Of a stretch of DNA of 64,000 nt, positions 34,131 through 46,170 are shown one piece after another. Each line of letters starts with the position of its first letter. The first letter of the stretch is position 1. Source of the DNA: Yuukianura sp. NJ FZ-2021 (taxonomy: Eukaryota); assembly GCA_046563655.1 (NCBI GenBank), contig CM102284.1, forward strand, positions 868,001 through 932,000. The letters run 5' to 3'. The position numbers and the translations under genes were made by a program. The notes beneath the pieces were generated by a model, which did not search any database, was not told the origin of the DNA, and worked only from the letters and a program-made list of their open reading frames with translations.

Positions 34131-35620
34131 ATGGAATTGTATTATCGAATTTTGGACTTTTCCTATCGAACATTCAATTCTTCACTCAAAGTATGCGCGA
34201 GCGGATTCAATCCTGGTTCACTTGACACTTCACAAAAGTACAGGAAAGTGTATCACCGGTGGATCCTATATGACGGTTTTATGTTACTACAAGTCATCAT
34301 CACTCACATTATATTAAAAACTTACACGTTTAGCCCATCTGCTGAAACATGCGTACATTTTCTTCTACCAGTTGCAATGTTAAATCCAGCACTTGATGTA
34401 ATTGGCAATACAAATCAAATCTACAGGCTCCAAACACTCAATTCTGTGCGCTACGCTATCGTATCAAATAGAGGTACAAATGCATTAATTTGTACTACAT
34501 TAAGTTACATTCTTACACTACAATTGCTTAAGCAATGCATTGTTGCATATAATACATAGGCATGAAAGTTACATATACTATGTAATATATGTAATTATTA
34601 TTGCATAATGCAAAACAAATGCATTAATATACAGTGGTGGCACCAAAACCTGCACACCCGAAATTTGTACCCCAACTAAAAGTGTGGAGGTTTCCGTGCT
34701 CCTCACTGTATATTCTGTATTATTATCAAACTGTACATATTATCAAAATTATATATGTGTACTACATACACAATACTAAAAAAATTGATAATATTTAATT
34801 ACCTTACCTTATCTACACATTTAAAAAAATTTCAGCAACAAGACGTTTGTGGAAAACCCTCCTCAGATCGAACTTAGCAGAGACAATGTGGATTCATGGA
34901 GCTTGGACGACATCTTTGATTATTTTTGTTGCGGGGTTTTACATCATGTACCAAGAAGATGCGATCTTGTATGTGCAAATTTTGAACAAAATCCTGTTTC
35001 CGTTCAAGGTACTTCCGCCAGGAGTTGTAACTATCATTGCAACTTTTGGTCGAATTACAACTGTAGGTGGTATTGCAATTTCATGGATCAAGGTTTACAC
35101 CGCAATTGCTCAAATTTCAATTTTTGTTACGGGATACACGGCTCTCTCAGATCACATTTTGGAGCAACCTGGCTTCAACCCACTGGGTTTTTATCGTCTC
35201 CGCCTTCTCATTGGTCTGTTTAACGAGGCCCATCGCAACCTCATTGCAATTCTGACACTGAATTTAGTCGTAAATGTTACAATGGCATATGGATTCGGCA
35301 TCTTGGAGGAATCGGCGGTGCTTGCTGGGAGTTTGACGCTCTTTGCAACTTTTGTGTTGCTGGGGCTGCTCAACTTTTATTGCAAGGCGGCTGCCATGCG
35401 GGCCAATTCACAAAAGTGGATTTACAAATGGCGCCAAACTTTTGCATGGAGCCTGGAACGGAACAGGGAAAAAAGATTCTACGTACGGAAGACGATAAAC
35501 TCAATTCGTGAATGTAGAGTAGAAGTGTGTGAAATGTATACGATTACGTACTCGCATATTTTCGTTATAATCAATACAATTGTGAACAATGCTATTACAT
35601 TTATTGCTTACTGTAAGTAA
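34131..35620 (+). CDS. Divergent 7-TM chemoreceptor (GR-like), 2 exons, ~375 aa
   Basis: Exons 34131-34473 and 34836-35620 (phase 1); C-terminus KTINSIRECRVEVCEMYTITYSHIFVIINTIVNNAITFIAY. Confidence 0.65.
34632..34708. mobile_element. 77-bp deletion derivative of the 14002-14215 MITE
   Basis: TA-CAGTGGTGGCACCAAAACCTGCACAC...GTGTGGAGGTTTCCGTGCTCCTCACTG-TA. Confidence 0.7.
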
Positions 35621-35836
35621 GTTGTATAATAAAGTTGGTAACACCGTACATAATAATATATACTAATATATATCATATATAATAATATATAGTGATATAT
35701 CAAATATAATTATGAAATTTCGCCTATTTTATTTATTATTTAGGAATGACGTGAGTTTATTATTATTATTTAATATATTAATATTTTATTTAAGTGTATT
35801 CTTAGAGTAATGTTTCTGAGTGCAGTTGATCCGATT

Positions 35837-36340
35837 TTATCCGGTTTTGTTAAAGATGCTTGCCAGAATGGTAATGAGGGGAACCAGCGTAACTGCTGCT
35901 GTATCATTAGGAGCATTGGCAATAATGGACGAAAAGTTGAACAAGTTTCCAAAAGCTGTAAAATATAATAATTATAATATTAAATAACTATATTATTATA
36001 TAAGTAAGTATAAATTTATCAAAATTTTAAATTTCATACTTCTTGCTTCCGGTGTAATGAGGCCGTCCTGACTGAGGTCATGTTGCGTTAGGCTCTCAGC
36101 TCCATTCAAAATACTTTCCCACACGTCTGCGCCAATGCCCTCTCCAAGCAGGATTTCGGCCACTTCTGGCGGCAGTTTATTCATCATGTCATTCTTTCAG
36201 AAAATAAAATTCCAAAATCTTCAAAAAGAGTTGTTCAAAAATGAAAACATAATACTTTGACTTACTGTCGGGAGTGATAGGATTAGCGAGGCTAAGGACG
36301 TGATTCCAGTCACGAATAAAAACGTTCCAGACAGCTTCAT
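35837..36340 (-). CDS. Small secreted prepropeptide, 3 coding exons, 115 aa
   Basis: Exons 36340-36266, 36193-36040, 35955-35837, all GT-AG and in frame: signal MKLSGTFLFVTGITSLASLILSLP, acidic pro-region ending PEAR, then TFGNLFNFSSIIANAPNDTAAVTLVPLITILASIFNKTG*; AATAAA downstream (~35790). Confidence 0.75.
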
Positions 36341-37428
36341 TTTGGAAATTAACAAAATCAAGCACGTTTTCGAAAGATTGAAAATTCCAAACGCAGTTTT
36401 TCCTGAAAAAAAGAACCTAACTGGATATCACTCGAGTGAAAATTGAAATTGAAAATATGAAACCTATTTTTTTTCAAATTGTCGCTTTTTAAGCAGGTTC
36501 TCTGGCGTCCTATTGTATGTTGTGGTTGTGTTTGTTCAGTTGAGGTTGAATGTTCCAGAAATAGAGTCGATGGAATTCAAACTTGCCGCAAAATTTGAAA
36601 ATCTGGAAATCGCTGAATGTGGGTTCAAAGTGACACACTTACGGGTCATTTCAGTATTTACATTCCTAACCAATTCCAAATTAGAAAATTAGTTTACGTT
36701 TAAATTTGAATTGACAGAAAACGACATAGTATTTCTGTACTGGATTTTCTAATGCTTAGGGTTACATGGAATTGGACGTAGCAGGTGAAACTTGGTCAAA
36801 ACAATTTGATCAAAAGTGAATAGGTTAAGTATTGAAAATCAATTATTCTGTTAAATTATTTAATTCCACTTTGAATTATGACGCCGCATAAGCTGTAGAA
36901 AATTAGTAAGGAGCCAAACATTGCTAGCGTTTTAACAGCGTAGGAGTCTTTATTGTGTTAGATTAAACGGAGATGCAAAAACTGAAGCATTACGAAAAAT
37001 TTAATGCTAATATTTATTTAAGGACGTGAAATTGACTTATCTTAAGCGTAGGGTCACGGAGAGATCATCCAAAATAACAACTTCCAAGAACTGGATTTTT
37101 AAATTTCACATAAATTTCCTACATTTTATCAAAAACATAAAGTTAAACTGGAACCAGATTTTTTTTAATTTTAGTTAATTCTCAAACTGTTATCAAAATG
37201 TAAACTACAGCTAAATTGCCGAATCGCATTTTTAATGGACCAAAATTCTTAAGAACTTTTGCGCAATGAAAATTTTCAGCTTAATATATAAAATCAAACC
37301 CAGTTTAATATCTGAACCGCAGTTGATACAAATAACTTACTAAGTTAACAATTGAATTTCTTTTCATAACTTCATATTTTCGACTTTCATAATTTCATTA
37401 CCAAAGTTTTTGGATTTATGTCTCCACT

Positions 37429-39371
37429 ATGAAATCTAAGCAAATTATTTTTTCCATTTGTATTTCCTTCCTGCTGGTCAGCGCCGTTGCAATGGTAAAT
37501 TGAAGTTTTGAAGATCTGTTTTTTTTTCTTTTTTTACGAATCATTATATGAATCATTATTATTACGAATCATAAGTCTAAAAAAAAGTTTTTTTAACAGC
37601 CAGATTCTGGACGACGTGACAAACGGAACTTGGACGTCAGAGAATACTTGGACGAAGTTGTGACAGGCGTAAAATTTTTCAGTTTTTGAATAAAAATTCT
37701 TGCACTTTCTCGGAGGAAACATATATTTTGACTCACGTTGCACATATTTTTAGATGAATGAGTTTGAGCAGCAACTGCTCAAACAACAGAAAGCCCTGCA
37801 ACTGCTTGCTGAACGCTACGCTGAACTTGTACTGAAAGATCAAGAGCTGCTCGAACAAAACGGAAAACTAGCAAAACAAGACGCAGACCTTGCTATTCGA
37901 ACAGCCAATCAGAACGCAGCTCTTCAACGGCGCGACGCAGAACACTCAAACCAAATTGCAGAACTTACCAATCAAACTCAAGAACTTTTTAGGCTAAACT
38001 CTCAACTTGTTGAAAAAGTTGCAAACGTCGAGAAACTGGGTGAAGTTGTTGCTAAGCGGGAAGAAGCCCTTGTTAAACAAAATGCAGAACTTACTCAACA
38101 ATTAGCACACGTCGGAGTAGCTTTGAATCAGAGCAAAGAACTGAAAAATACAATTTCAAGTACAATTGTTTTACAACAAGCACAAATGCACAACTTTTCT
38201 CTCCAAAACGACCAGTTTCGGAACACTTTGAGAGGAAATGTTGCACAAATGCAACAAAGTGCCAAAACTCAATCAGCTGTACTTGACAGCAAAATTGCTC
38301 AAATTTCTGCAGACTCTCAGCAAAAGTTGTCACGCACAGAAGAACGAATTAATCAATTAACGAATCGAATTTCACGTGCAGCTGATGTTGCAAAATTGGA
38401 ACTGACAGCACAAATGAACGATATCAACGCAAGGTTGAACAATTCAGTTGGTTTTCTACAGGCACAGGTAAGCTTTCGGAAAATAATGTGAAAAAAATAT
38501 GAATAATACAAAGTTAATTCATAGTAAATTGATTGATTAATTGGTTGAAGTTAAGCAATTTGATGTTTCGTCGTATTTTTAGGCTTCCAGTGCAACTACC
38601 GTGCAGACTGCAGCTCTTAAAAATTTTCAAGACGGTATTGCGCAGAGAGTGGAACAATTGGAGAGAAAACATGCAAATGAAACGCAAGTTTTAGCGGATA
38701 GGTTAGACAGCGGGCTGGATGTCATTCAGACCAAATTAATGCTAATAGCCACTCTATTGTCACTGCAACGCAGTTCTAACGAGGAATCGGTAAGTCAATC
38801 ATGGTATCATTTTTTTGAGGTTATGACTATGAGTTTTTCGTTCTGTTTTGTGAAAACTTGAAATGGTTGAGTTGGGTCTCTAACTTATAAATTTAATGTA
38901 AATTTTATATTTTTGTGACACTTTCGTGCTTCCAGGGTAAGCACTCATGACAAAAATGTTAAAATGTCAAAAATAAAAAAATGTTGTTGTTTTGGAATAC
39001 AGAGCGACAGTGGACCTACCGTAACGTTTTATCGTAACAAGCAATACAACGCTGGTTCAAGTAAATTAACAAATTAATTAATTAAACTAACTTCTTGATT
39101 CGTGAGTTAGTCAATTTTAAAACTAACAAAATATTTCGTAGAACAACCCGAGGAATTCCAGTTCAGCAGTTTATCTTGTTCCGGATCCGAATGCTGTCGC
39201 AATTTGGATCACTTGAATGATGATTCACAGTCTCTGCGAACGCGTAACGTCTGTGTCAAAGCTTACCTTGACAAAAACTGCTCCGGCCAATCACGAACTT
39301 TTGGAAAACATTCATCAATTTCAGATCTAGGCGACTTCAACGACAAAATCAGTTCAGTCAAGCCTTGCTAG
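37429..39371 (+). CDS. Secreted coiled-coil protein with C-terminal beta/gamma-crystallin-like domain, 6 exons, ~447 aa
   Basis: Exons 37429-37494, 37600-37668, 37754-38467, 38583-38789, 39003-39060, 39142-39371; signal peptide, RRDKR furin-type site, Q/E/L-rich heptads, then VTFYRNKQY...CCRNLDHLNDDSQS...CVKAYLDKNCSG...DLGDFNDKISSVKPC. Confidence 0.8.
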
Positions 39372-40033
39372 GGAAAGTACATCAACATGTAAATCTTTGA
39401 ACTTTAAAACAGAGACATCACAAATTGTAGTTTAAAAAAGTGTAAAAGAGTTTTTAGCATATAAAAAATGCTTAACAATTTTTTGGAAATTTGAATAAAA
39501 TTGTAGGTGTTTAGGTTACAAAGGGGTGTTTATTCGACTTACTTAGTTTCTTGTATTCAACGGTACAGGGAACGGTATTGGAGTCTTATTTTGTTAGGTT
39601 AAACGGGTATGCGGAAAAACTAAAGTGTTATTGCGAAAAATCTTATGCGAATATTTATTTAAACACTTGAAATCAACTTACCTGTAACGTAAGGTCACGG
39701 ACGGGATCCTAACCAACAAATTCCAAGAACTGCAAAAGTAAATATTTGCAAGCTCTTATCAAACACATAAAGTCAGACTGGAGCCTGAATTTTTTTTTAA
39801 AATTTAAGTGAATTTCCACACTTTTATCAAAATAAACTAAAGTAGTCTATTCACATTTTTAATTGATTAAAATTCTTCAGAAATTTTGCTCTGCTGACCA
39901 TATAGCAAACTGAAGCAAAAATTTACACCCCAGATGACTAATTTCCTACTCACTGAACAACTGGATTTTGTTTCATAATTTCGTATTTTCAAATTTCATA
40001 ATTTCTTTACAAAACTGAATTTGTGCTTCAATT

Positions 40034-41107
40034 ATGGATTCTACGCAAATCATTTTTTGCCTTTGCATTCTCTTACTCCGTAGTGCTGTTGGAAAGGTAA
40101 AATTGAATTTCTTGAAAACCTCAACAATAAAATTGTTTTCACCAAAAGAATTTTTGCTTCTTTTTTAATGTTTTTTTTTAAATTTGCCTCCTACCAGCCA
40201 GACTTTGGGCGACGTGACAAACGGAACTTGAACATCCGACAATACTTGGAGCAAGTTGTGACAGGAGTAGGAATTTCCAATATTTACCTCAAAATGTTTC
40301 TTCAAAATAATGTTTTTAGAGCAAACTGCCAGTGAGTTTGAGTCACTTTGTACATTTCCAGATGAACCGCTTTGAGCAGCAACTGGTCGATCAACAGAAT
40401 GCCATGCAATTGCTTGCTGAACGCCACAGACAAGACGCAGAGTTATTAGCTGTCCTAATTGCCAGGCAGAACGCAGTTTTTCAACACCGCAATGCAGAAC
40501 TCACCCAACAAATTGAGCAACTTAGTAATCAAACCCAACAACTTTTTAGAATAAATGCTCAACATGTTCCAGAAATTGCAGAGCTCAGCCAACATGGTGA
40601 AGTTGTTGCTGAGCGGGAAGAAGTCCTTGTTACACAAAATACAGAACAGAACTCAGAACTTAATTTCATATGGATTCATTAAAATATTGTTTAAGGAATT
40701 TTGTTTTATTTTTGTTGTACGACAAACTTTTCCTAGCAAACGTTGCCTAGGAAAGCCGAGTATGAATTAAGCTTTGAATTAAGGTTACTTTTCCAAATTG
40801 GTTTTGTGTGGATCAATTTGAAAACTAAAAAAGTAATGTTTTGTAGAAAAACCTGAGGAGTTCAATTTTAGGACTTGCCCTTTGGAACGGAGCGGAATGT
40901 TGTCGAAATTTGGATCACTTGAATAACAACTCGAACTCTATGCGCACGGATAATGTCTGTGTCTATGTGTACCGGAAGAAAAACTGCTCTGGTGACAGCT
41001 TCTTTATTCGAAAGTATTCATCAATTTCAGAATTAGAAAGAGCCCTCCCTATACGGCAAAATCAGTTCAGTCCAGTCCAGCCCTGCCAAGGTGTGGCAAC
41101 TAATTAA
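40034..41107 (+). pseudogene. Truncated, frameshifted tandem duplicate of the 37429-39371 gene
   Basis: Exons 1-2 and the start of exon 3 are retained; homology stops at ~40650 (rest of exon 3 and exons 4-5 absent); the last exon from 40847 is out of frame before the CCRNLDH codons. Upstream 39570-40030 mirrors 36940-37425. Confidence 0.75.
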
Positions 41108-41332
41108 CATCACAACGCGAATAAGCCTTTAAAATACCTTTCAACCTAAATGTCACATAAATTGCACTTAAATTTTGTTTTGAGAAATCTGTGTAAAACT
41201 TTTAAGTGGTTAGGTTATACAAGGAGGTTTTAAATTTTAAATTTAGTTTCATCATATTCAACTTTTTCTTTTCCAATGAATTTTTTTCATGACAATCATA
41301 AGTAGTAGTAGTAGTAGCGGGTATAATATTTA

Positions 41333-41515
41333 CTTACTAAATAGCGAAAGCTAATTCATGGTTTGACGTTGTCTGTCGGTCTGTCCGCCTTTCGGCGGCG
41401 ATAATCTCACAAACGGCTCAACATTTCCGGGACCTGTGTACTCTGTAACACCTTGTATTTGTGCTCATGATGTCGCTTGCAATTTCATCAATCGTAGTTC
41501 CTTCCCTACTACTTT
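41333..41515 (+). mobile_element. Helentron/DINE-like non-autonomous repeat (related copies ~43734-43870 and ~51665-51830)
   Basis: Shared TAGC.AAAG.TA, GTCTGTC microsatellite and GCGAT.ATCTC..AAACGGCT block in three places. Family assignment is by resemblance. Confidence 0.55.
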
Positions 41516-41652
41516 TTTTATTAAAAATGTAATAGTGTCTGCTTAAAATTTTTTCAACAAAACCATTTCCGAAATAATTCCAACAGTTTTGTTGGCAGAT
41601 AATTTTCAGTAGTAGAATTTATGTCCATTACCCAAAACATTTAGTTCCAAAC

Positions 41653-43387
41653 TTAAACAGTTAAGACTTTCCCAACACAGTTGTTAAGATTAATTAGAAC
41701 ATGCGTTTGAATTCGGAGTTTCTCCGGACCTTCACCCTTGACATCCGCCATGTACTCGTAATTAGTAAAATCATACTCCATTGTAAATCCAAGTATCATC
41801 GGTTCCCTTTCCTCCGTCTTCACCACTCGTTCAATTTCCAGTATAACGTTAGCCTTATTCGTGTTCCTCCAGCAAACAAAGTTGGGATCATCATTGAAAT
41901 CTGGCACTGCCGTGTCCAGTTCTGAGCCTTCTGTTTTTGGCGGCAAAATCAAAAGTTCATCTGGTGGTTGGAGATGACAGTTGAAAGTGAACGATGAGTT
42001 GAATACGGGAAGGACTGTGACTTCCCGGAAGAGGCGAGTAGCTGGTGCCATGGAGAAGGGCGTAAGCGATGAGTTGCCATCAGATGACTCTGTTCCAAGC
42101 GACTCCAGCTCTTCTGCCTTCAAATGTCCTTTGCGCAGAGGCACAAATGCAAATGGGAGGAATTTGATTGTTGTGGGGAAAGCCATGGGATTGGAAATCC
42201 TGATGATGATGTGTGTCCGTTGCCCGGGGAGAAGTTCTGCAGCGGAGGGAGCCAAAAGACGAATTTGAGGGACAAGGTAGTAGGCGTTGGACTGGATCTT
42301 GAATTTGATAGATACTGGAGAATATTCTGGTTTCATGATAGTTCGGTCACAGACACGACAGTGCAGGGATCGCTTGATGAGTAGCTGCTTCTTCAGTGGC
42401 AGGAGTCCAGAGACGTTTCGAGGCTGGTGCTCCACTTGTACCAACCGTTGTGACAGTGTTGTAACTTAATTGAGTAAAGAAAGACAAAATTGAAATGAAA
42501 GGAGATACACAAAACATAATCTTGAAACATACTTTTCGGAATCACATGCTCCTCATCATAAAATTTTTCAGAAACTTCTGGAAGGTCGTCCTCTCCCAGA
42601 GCTGGAGCTAAATATGTCGGCTGCGGAACTCCCTTAGCTTTTTCTTCTGGTGCAGTCGATGGAAATCTACTGGGAAGCAAATGAGCCAAGCCGTGTCGTC
42701 CCTACCAACAAAAAGTCACATTAAATTTTAAACTTGCAACCTTAACTTATCGTTCGTGTTAGGTCAGTTACCGCTGCTAAAAACTTGGCCTTTGGAACAT
42801 GTTTATGCTCCTTTGTTGCCTTTTCGTAGACACCCAACTGACGAAAGTAATCAGCAATGGAATCTAATGGATTCCCTTCAAACTGCTCCGGTTCTAACCA
42901 TGGTCCATTGGCATAAGGCTTGTCTGGTATTCCTGCGTCACGTGACGACCAACGACAGAATCCACAAAGCAAGTAGTGCAGCTTAGTTGTGATCAATTTC
43001 GTTGAATCTTCGTCCGACGGTGTTTGAATTGTTGTTGCTCGTATCGAAAGTGTCTGCTTACAGCTTGGACAGTCGTAGCATGAATTGCATCTGAAAAGAC
43101 GAAACAGATGACAAACAGCTGATGAATCAACGATATTTTTGGATAAGAATCAACGCAATTTTAATACAAATAGACTAGAAAGTGTCAGTACTTGTTCTTC
43201 TTAAGTTTTGCTTCAGCTGCAGGCATGTTTTCAGAACAATTTCCACAAAAATGAGAGTCGACCTCTGGGTAAATGCAGTAGCGACATCGTAACCGGAGAC
43301 AGTGTTTGCAAAAGTACACGAAGCAAATCGGGTTCAAACTTCCGCAGCAACGTACTGGACATACTCCAAGTCAAATAACGTTGACAT
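41653..43387 (-). CDS. DCTN4: Dynactin subunit 4 (p62), 4 exons; apparent frameshift at ~43350
   Basis: Exons 43387-43192, 43090-42772, 42701-42533, 42464-41653; YFCKHC..LRC..C...EVDSHFC..C.ENMP..EAKLKKN, CGFCRWSSRDAG, LLIKRSLHCRVCDRTIMKPEYSPVSIKFKIQ. Confidence 0.92.
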
Positions 43388-44056
43388 TTCGACTTTCAGA
43401 TTGTTTAATTAAACGTTGATCAATTAAACATAAACAATTAACGAAACCTTTCGCTAAAACAAAACAACTGACTCAATGACTCTTATACATCTGTCAATTA
43501 CAGGTGGGTGACTAATCCCCGGATCACCCGAATCCTCCGAATCGCAGCTCTGCTTAAACTACTAAAATCGTGTAAAACTTATTAAATTAGAATTAAAAAG
43601 CGTTAATTAATCTTTCATTTACGAAATTCTCTCAAGTCAATAACTCATTGTGAAATTTTGCACTTTTAGTCACATTCACATTCCACAATGATAAGGTTAA
43701 AGAAAAATCGCAATTAAAGGTTTAGATGAGCTTATCAAGTAGCAAAAGCTACTTTATTCATCGACCTTGTCTGTCTGTTCGTCAGACCGTCAGCGGCAAT
43801 TATCTTGTAAGCCGCTAAAGATTTCCGAAATCTCTTTGCATTCATAAACACCTTAGGTCCCCGTGATGCTAACTAATCAGTATGATTCCAGTGAGCCAAC
43901 TCTCTCCTGGTCAAAGGTCAAGATCAACAGGTTTTATCCCAGGTAACATTTGTCTAGAAATTATTTTTAGAAAACTGTTAAAACACAGTTGAGCTAATAG
44001 TTTACTGAAATCTTTGATTTGAAATACAGTTGCTCAACGTTAACGTAATATTGATA

Positions 44057-44587
44057 TTAGTAGAAGAAATTAATTGACTGTGTAAACAATGCGACTGCGA
44101 CCAGTAGAGTAGTCATACTGCCACTGCAATTGTGTTTCATCGTTGCAGCGTCTTTCGCGGATCCTGAATTTCCTGTTGCAACTTTAGCATCGTCCTTTGC
44201 AGATCCTGAATTTCCTGTTGCAACTTTAGCATCGTCCTTCGCGGATCCTGAATTTCCTGCATCGTTCACAATTTTCTGGATTTCAGCATCCGTACACTTG
44301 ATTAGCATCGGATTTCTGCCATTGCCCACAGTCGTCAGGTCACAGCATTTGTCCTTAACCTTCTTCGCAAGGTCAAGGTAATGGAGGGATTCCTTCTTTC
44401 GCTTGTCACTCTCAAACACTCTCCTCAACTTATCCATGTATTCTGACTCGCTGTAATGCCTTTCGCAAGCGTCTTCCGCAAATACTTTAGCCGTCTTCCA
44501 TTTATTCGTTTGATCCACGGCTTTGGCTTGCCCAGTGCAAAAACTGACGACTGCGAAGAAAACAGCGGCACTCAAAATCCAGCTCAT
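44057..44587 (-). CDS. Secreted, probably GPI-anchored small protein (C..CC..C), paralog A, with 14-aa repeats
   Basis: Signal MSWILSAAVFFAVVSFCTG; KKVKDKCCD...CTDAEIQKI; GNSGSAKDDAKVAT x~2.6 (42-bp repeat); hydrophobic C-terminal tail TTLLVAVALF. Confidence 0.7.
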   Translation of the reverse strand: MSWILSAAVFFAVVSFCTGQAKAVDQTNKWKTAKVFAEDACERHYSESEYMDKLRRVFESDKRKKESLHYLDLAKKVKDKCCDLTTVGNGRNPMLIKCTDAEIQKIVNDAGNSGSAKDDAKVATGNSGSAKDDAKVATGNSGSAKDAATMKHNCSGSMTTLLVAVALFTQSINFFY

Positions 44588-44975
44588 TTTTAGGATTGAA
44601 CAACGTGCGAATTCGTTGGAGAAGGGCATGACCCTCAGTTTTAATTCTTCCGATCAGCAAAATCGCGACCTTTTGAATGCTTGAACATGAAAAAGTTAAG
44701 TTTTGAATGCAAAGCATTTGTTATGTGTCAAACCAAATAAATTAACAAATCATTGTCATGGAAACCTGATCGGTAGTTCAAAAATATCGTTTCCACCAAA
44801 AATATCTGCAAAAATTAAATCTTAAAGCCAAGGGCATATATTGAGGGCTAAACTTAAAAAAACGAAACCCAAAGTTTCAATAATCAACAATATTCAGGAA
44901 ATTGTATGTAAGCAGTTTACTGAAATCATTGATTTGAAATGCCAATAAGCAACTTTACAGTAAAATTGAGAATAG

Positions 44976-45449
44976 TTAGTAGGAATCAGTTGACTGTGCA
45001 AACAATCCGACTGCGACCAGTAGAATAGTGATAATAATGCTGCTGAAATTGTGTTTCGTAGTCGCAGCGTCTTTCATTGATCCTGACTTTTTTATTTCAA
45101 CTTCAGCCTCCTTCGCAATTTTCTGGATTTGAGCATCCATGCAGTTGGTTAGCGTGGATACTCTGCCATCAGTCTTCACGTCACAGCATTTGTCTTTAAT
45201 CTTCTTCGCAATAGCAAGGTAACTGAGGCCTTCTTCCTTTGAAATTTCGATTTTGTTGCCTTTCTCATCCACACCATCTTCAAACATTTTCTTCAGGTTA
45301 GCAGTGTAGTTTGGAACGTAATTTTGGCAATCGGTGTTGGCAATTCGGCGAGTCAACTTCAGTTTAGCCGATTCGTCCAGCGGTTTGGTTTGTACGTTGC
45401 AAAAACTGACGACAATGGAAAAAACAGCGGCGTGCAAAATCCAGCTCAT
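44976..45449 (-). CDS. Secreted, probably GPI-anchored small protein, paralog B
   Basis: MSWILHAAVFSIVVSFC; KKIKDKCCD...CMDAQIQKI; tail IIITILLVAVGLF; clearly homologous to 44057-44587. Confidence 0.7.
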   Translation of the reverse strand: MSWILHAAVFSIVVSFCNVQTKPLDESAKLKLTRRIANTDCQNYVPNYTANLKKMFEDGVDEKGNKIEISKEEGLSYLAIAKKIKDKCCDVKTDGRVSTLTNCMDAQIQKIAKEAEVEIKKSGSMKDAATTKHNFSSIIITILLVAVGLFAQSTDSY

Positions 45450-45506
45450 TTTACGTTCGAATTCTCCGGAGCAGAGCTTGACCCTAACGCCTGCTACGGA
45501 CTTATA

Positions 45507-46170
45507 GTTCAATTTTTAATGTTTGACCCTTTGTTGATTTTCTTTTTCCATTCAAAATTCAGTTACAGGGGAAATGAAACGGAATTTTTGTTGCCGTAAT
45601 TATATTTAATTATAAAATAATATCTCCAGCAATCCAGGATAGAATTATTTGCGCTAAAAATATCTCCACATACATTATATCTGGATTAAAAAAATCTGGA
45701 TTAAAAGGTGGCAAAATTTTAAGGACCCATTCAATTAATTTAAAGTCTGGAAATATTCATTCGTGGAGATAAAATTTTTTTTTTATAGAAATTAGTTTTT
45801 GTGGCGGTGGCAAACTGCAAGGAGACCGAATGTACGTTCTAAATGTCGCCGAGAGTGATCCGGAATGTAAAAAGAAAAGCAGGAAATACGCGGAGTTTAA
45901 CTGACAGCAAAGTGCTTTGAGTTCGAAGTTCGAACTTGTTGAAAAGTGTCCGAACTTGGATGCCCTAAAAGTAAATAGTGGTAAGAATTAGGAAGCACAT
46001 TATCATTGAAATTGGAAGGGATTCACCATTAGACTCAACTTCAGATGAGGAATAGAAACAGCTTTTATGCTGTTCGATTGGTTCCGTACATTTGTGTTCA
46101 GTTATCGAAATTGCTATTAGCAACACAATTTGTTCACAGTAAACAAAGGGTCAAACATTAAAAATAAAAC
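45507..46170. mobile_element. TIR element flanked by TATA/TA, inserted upstream of paralog B
   Basis: GTTCAATTTTTAATGTTTGACCCTTTGTT at 45507 versus AACAAAGGGTCAAACATTAAAAATAAAAC ending at 46170; TATA on both sides; homology to paralog A upstream (AATTCTTCCGATCAGCAAA) resumes right after. Confidence 0.7.
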
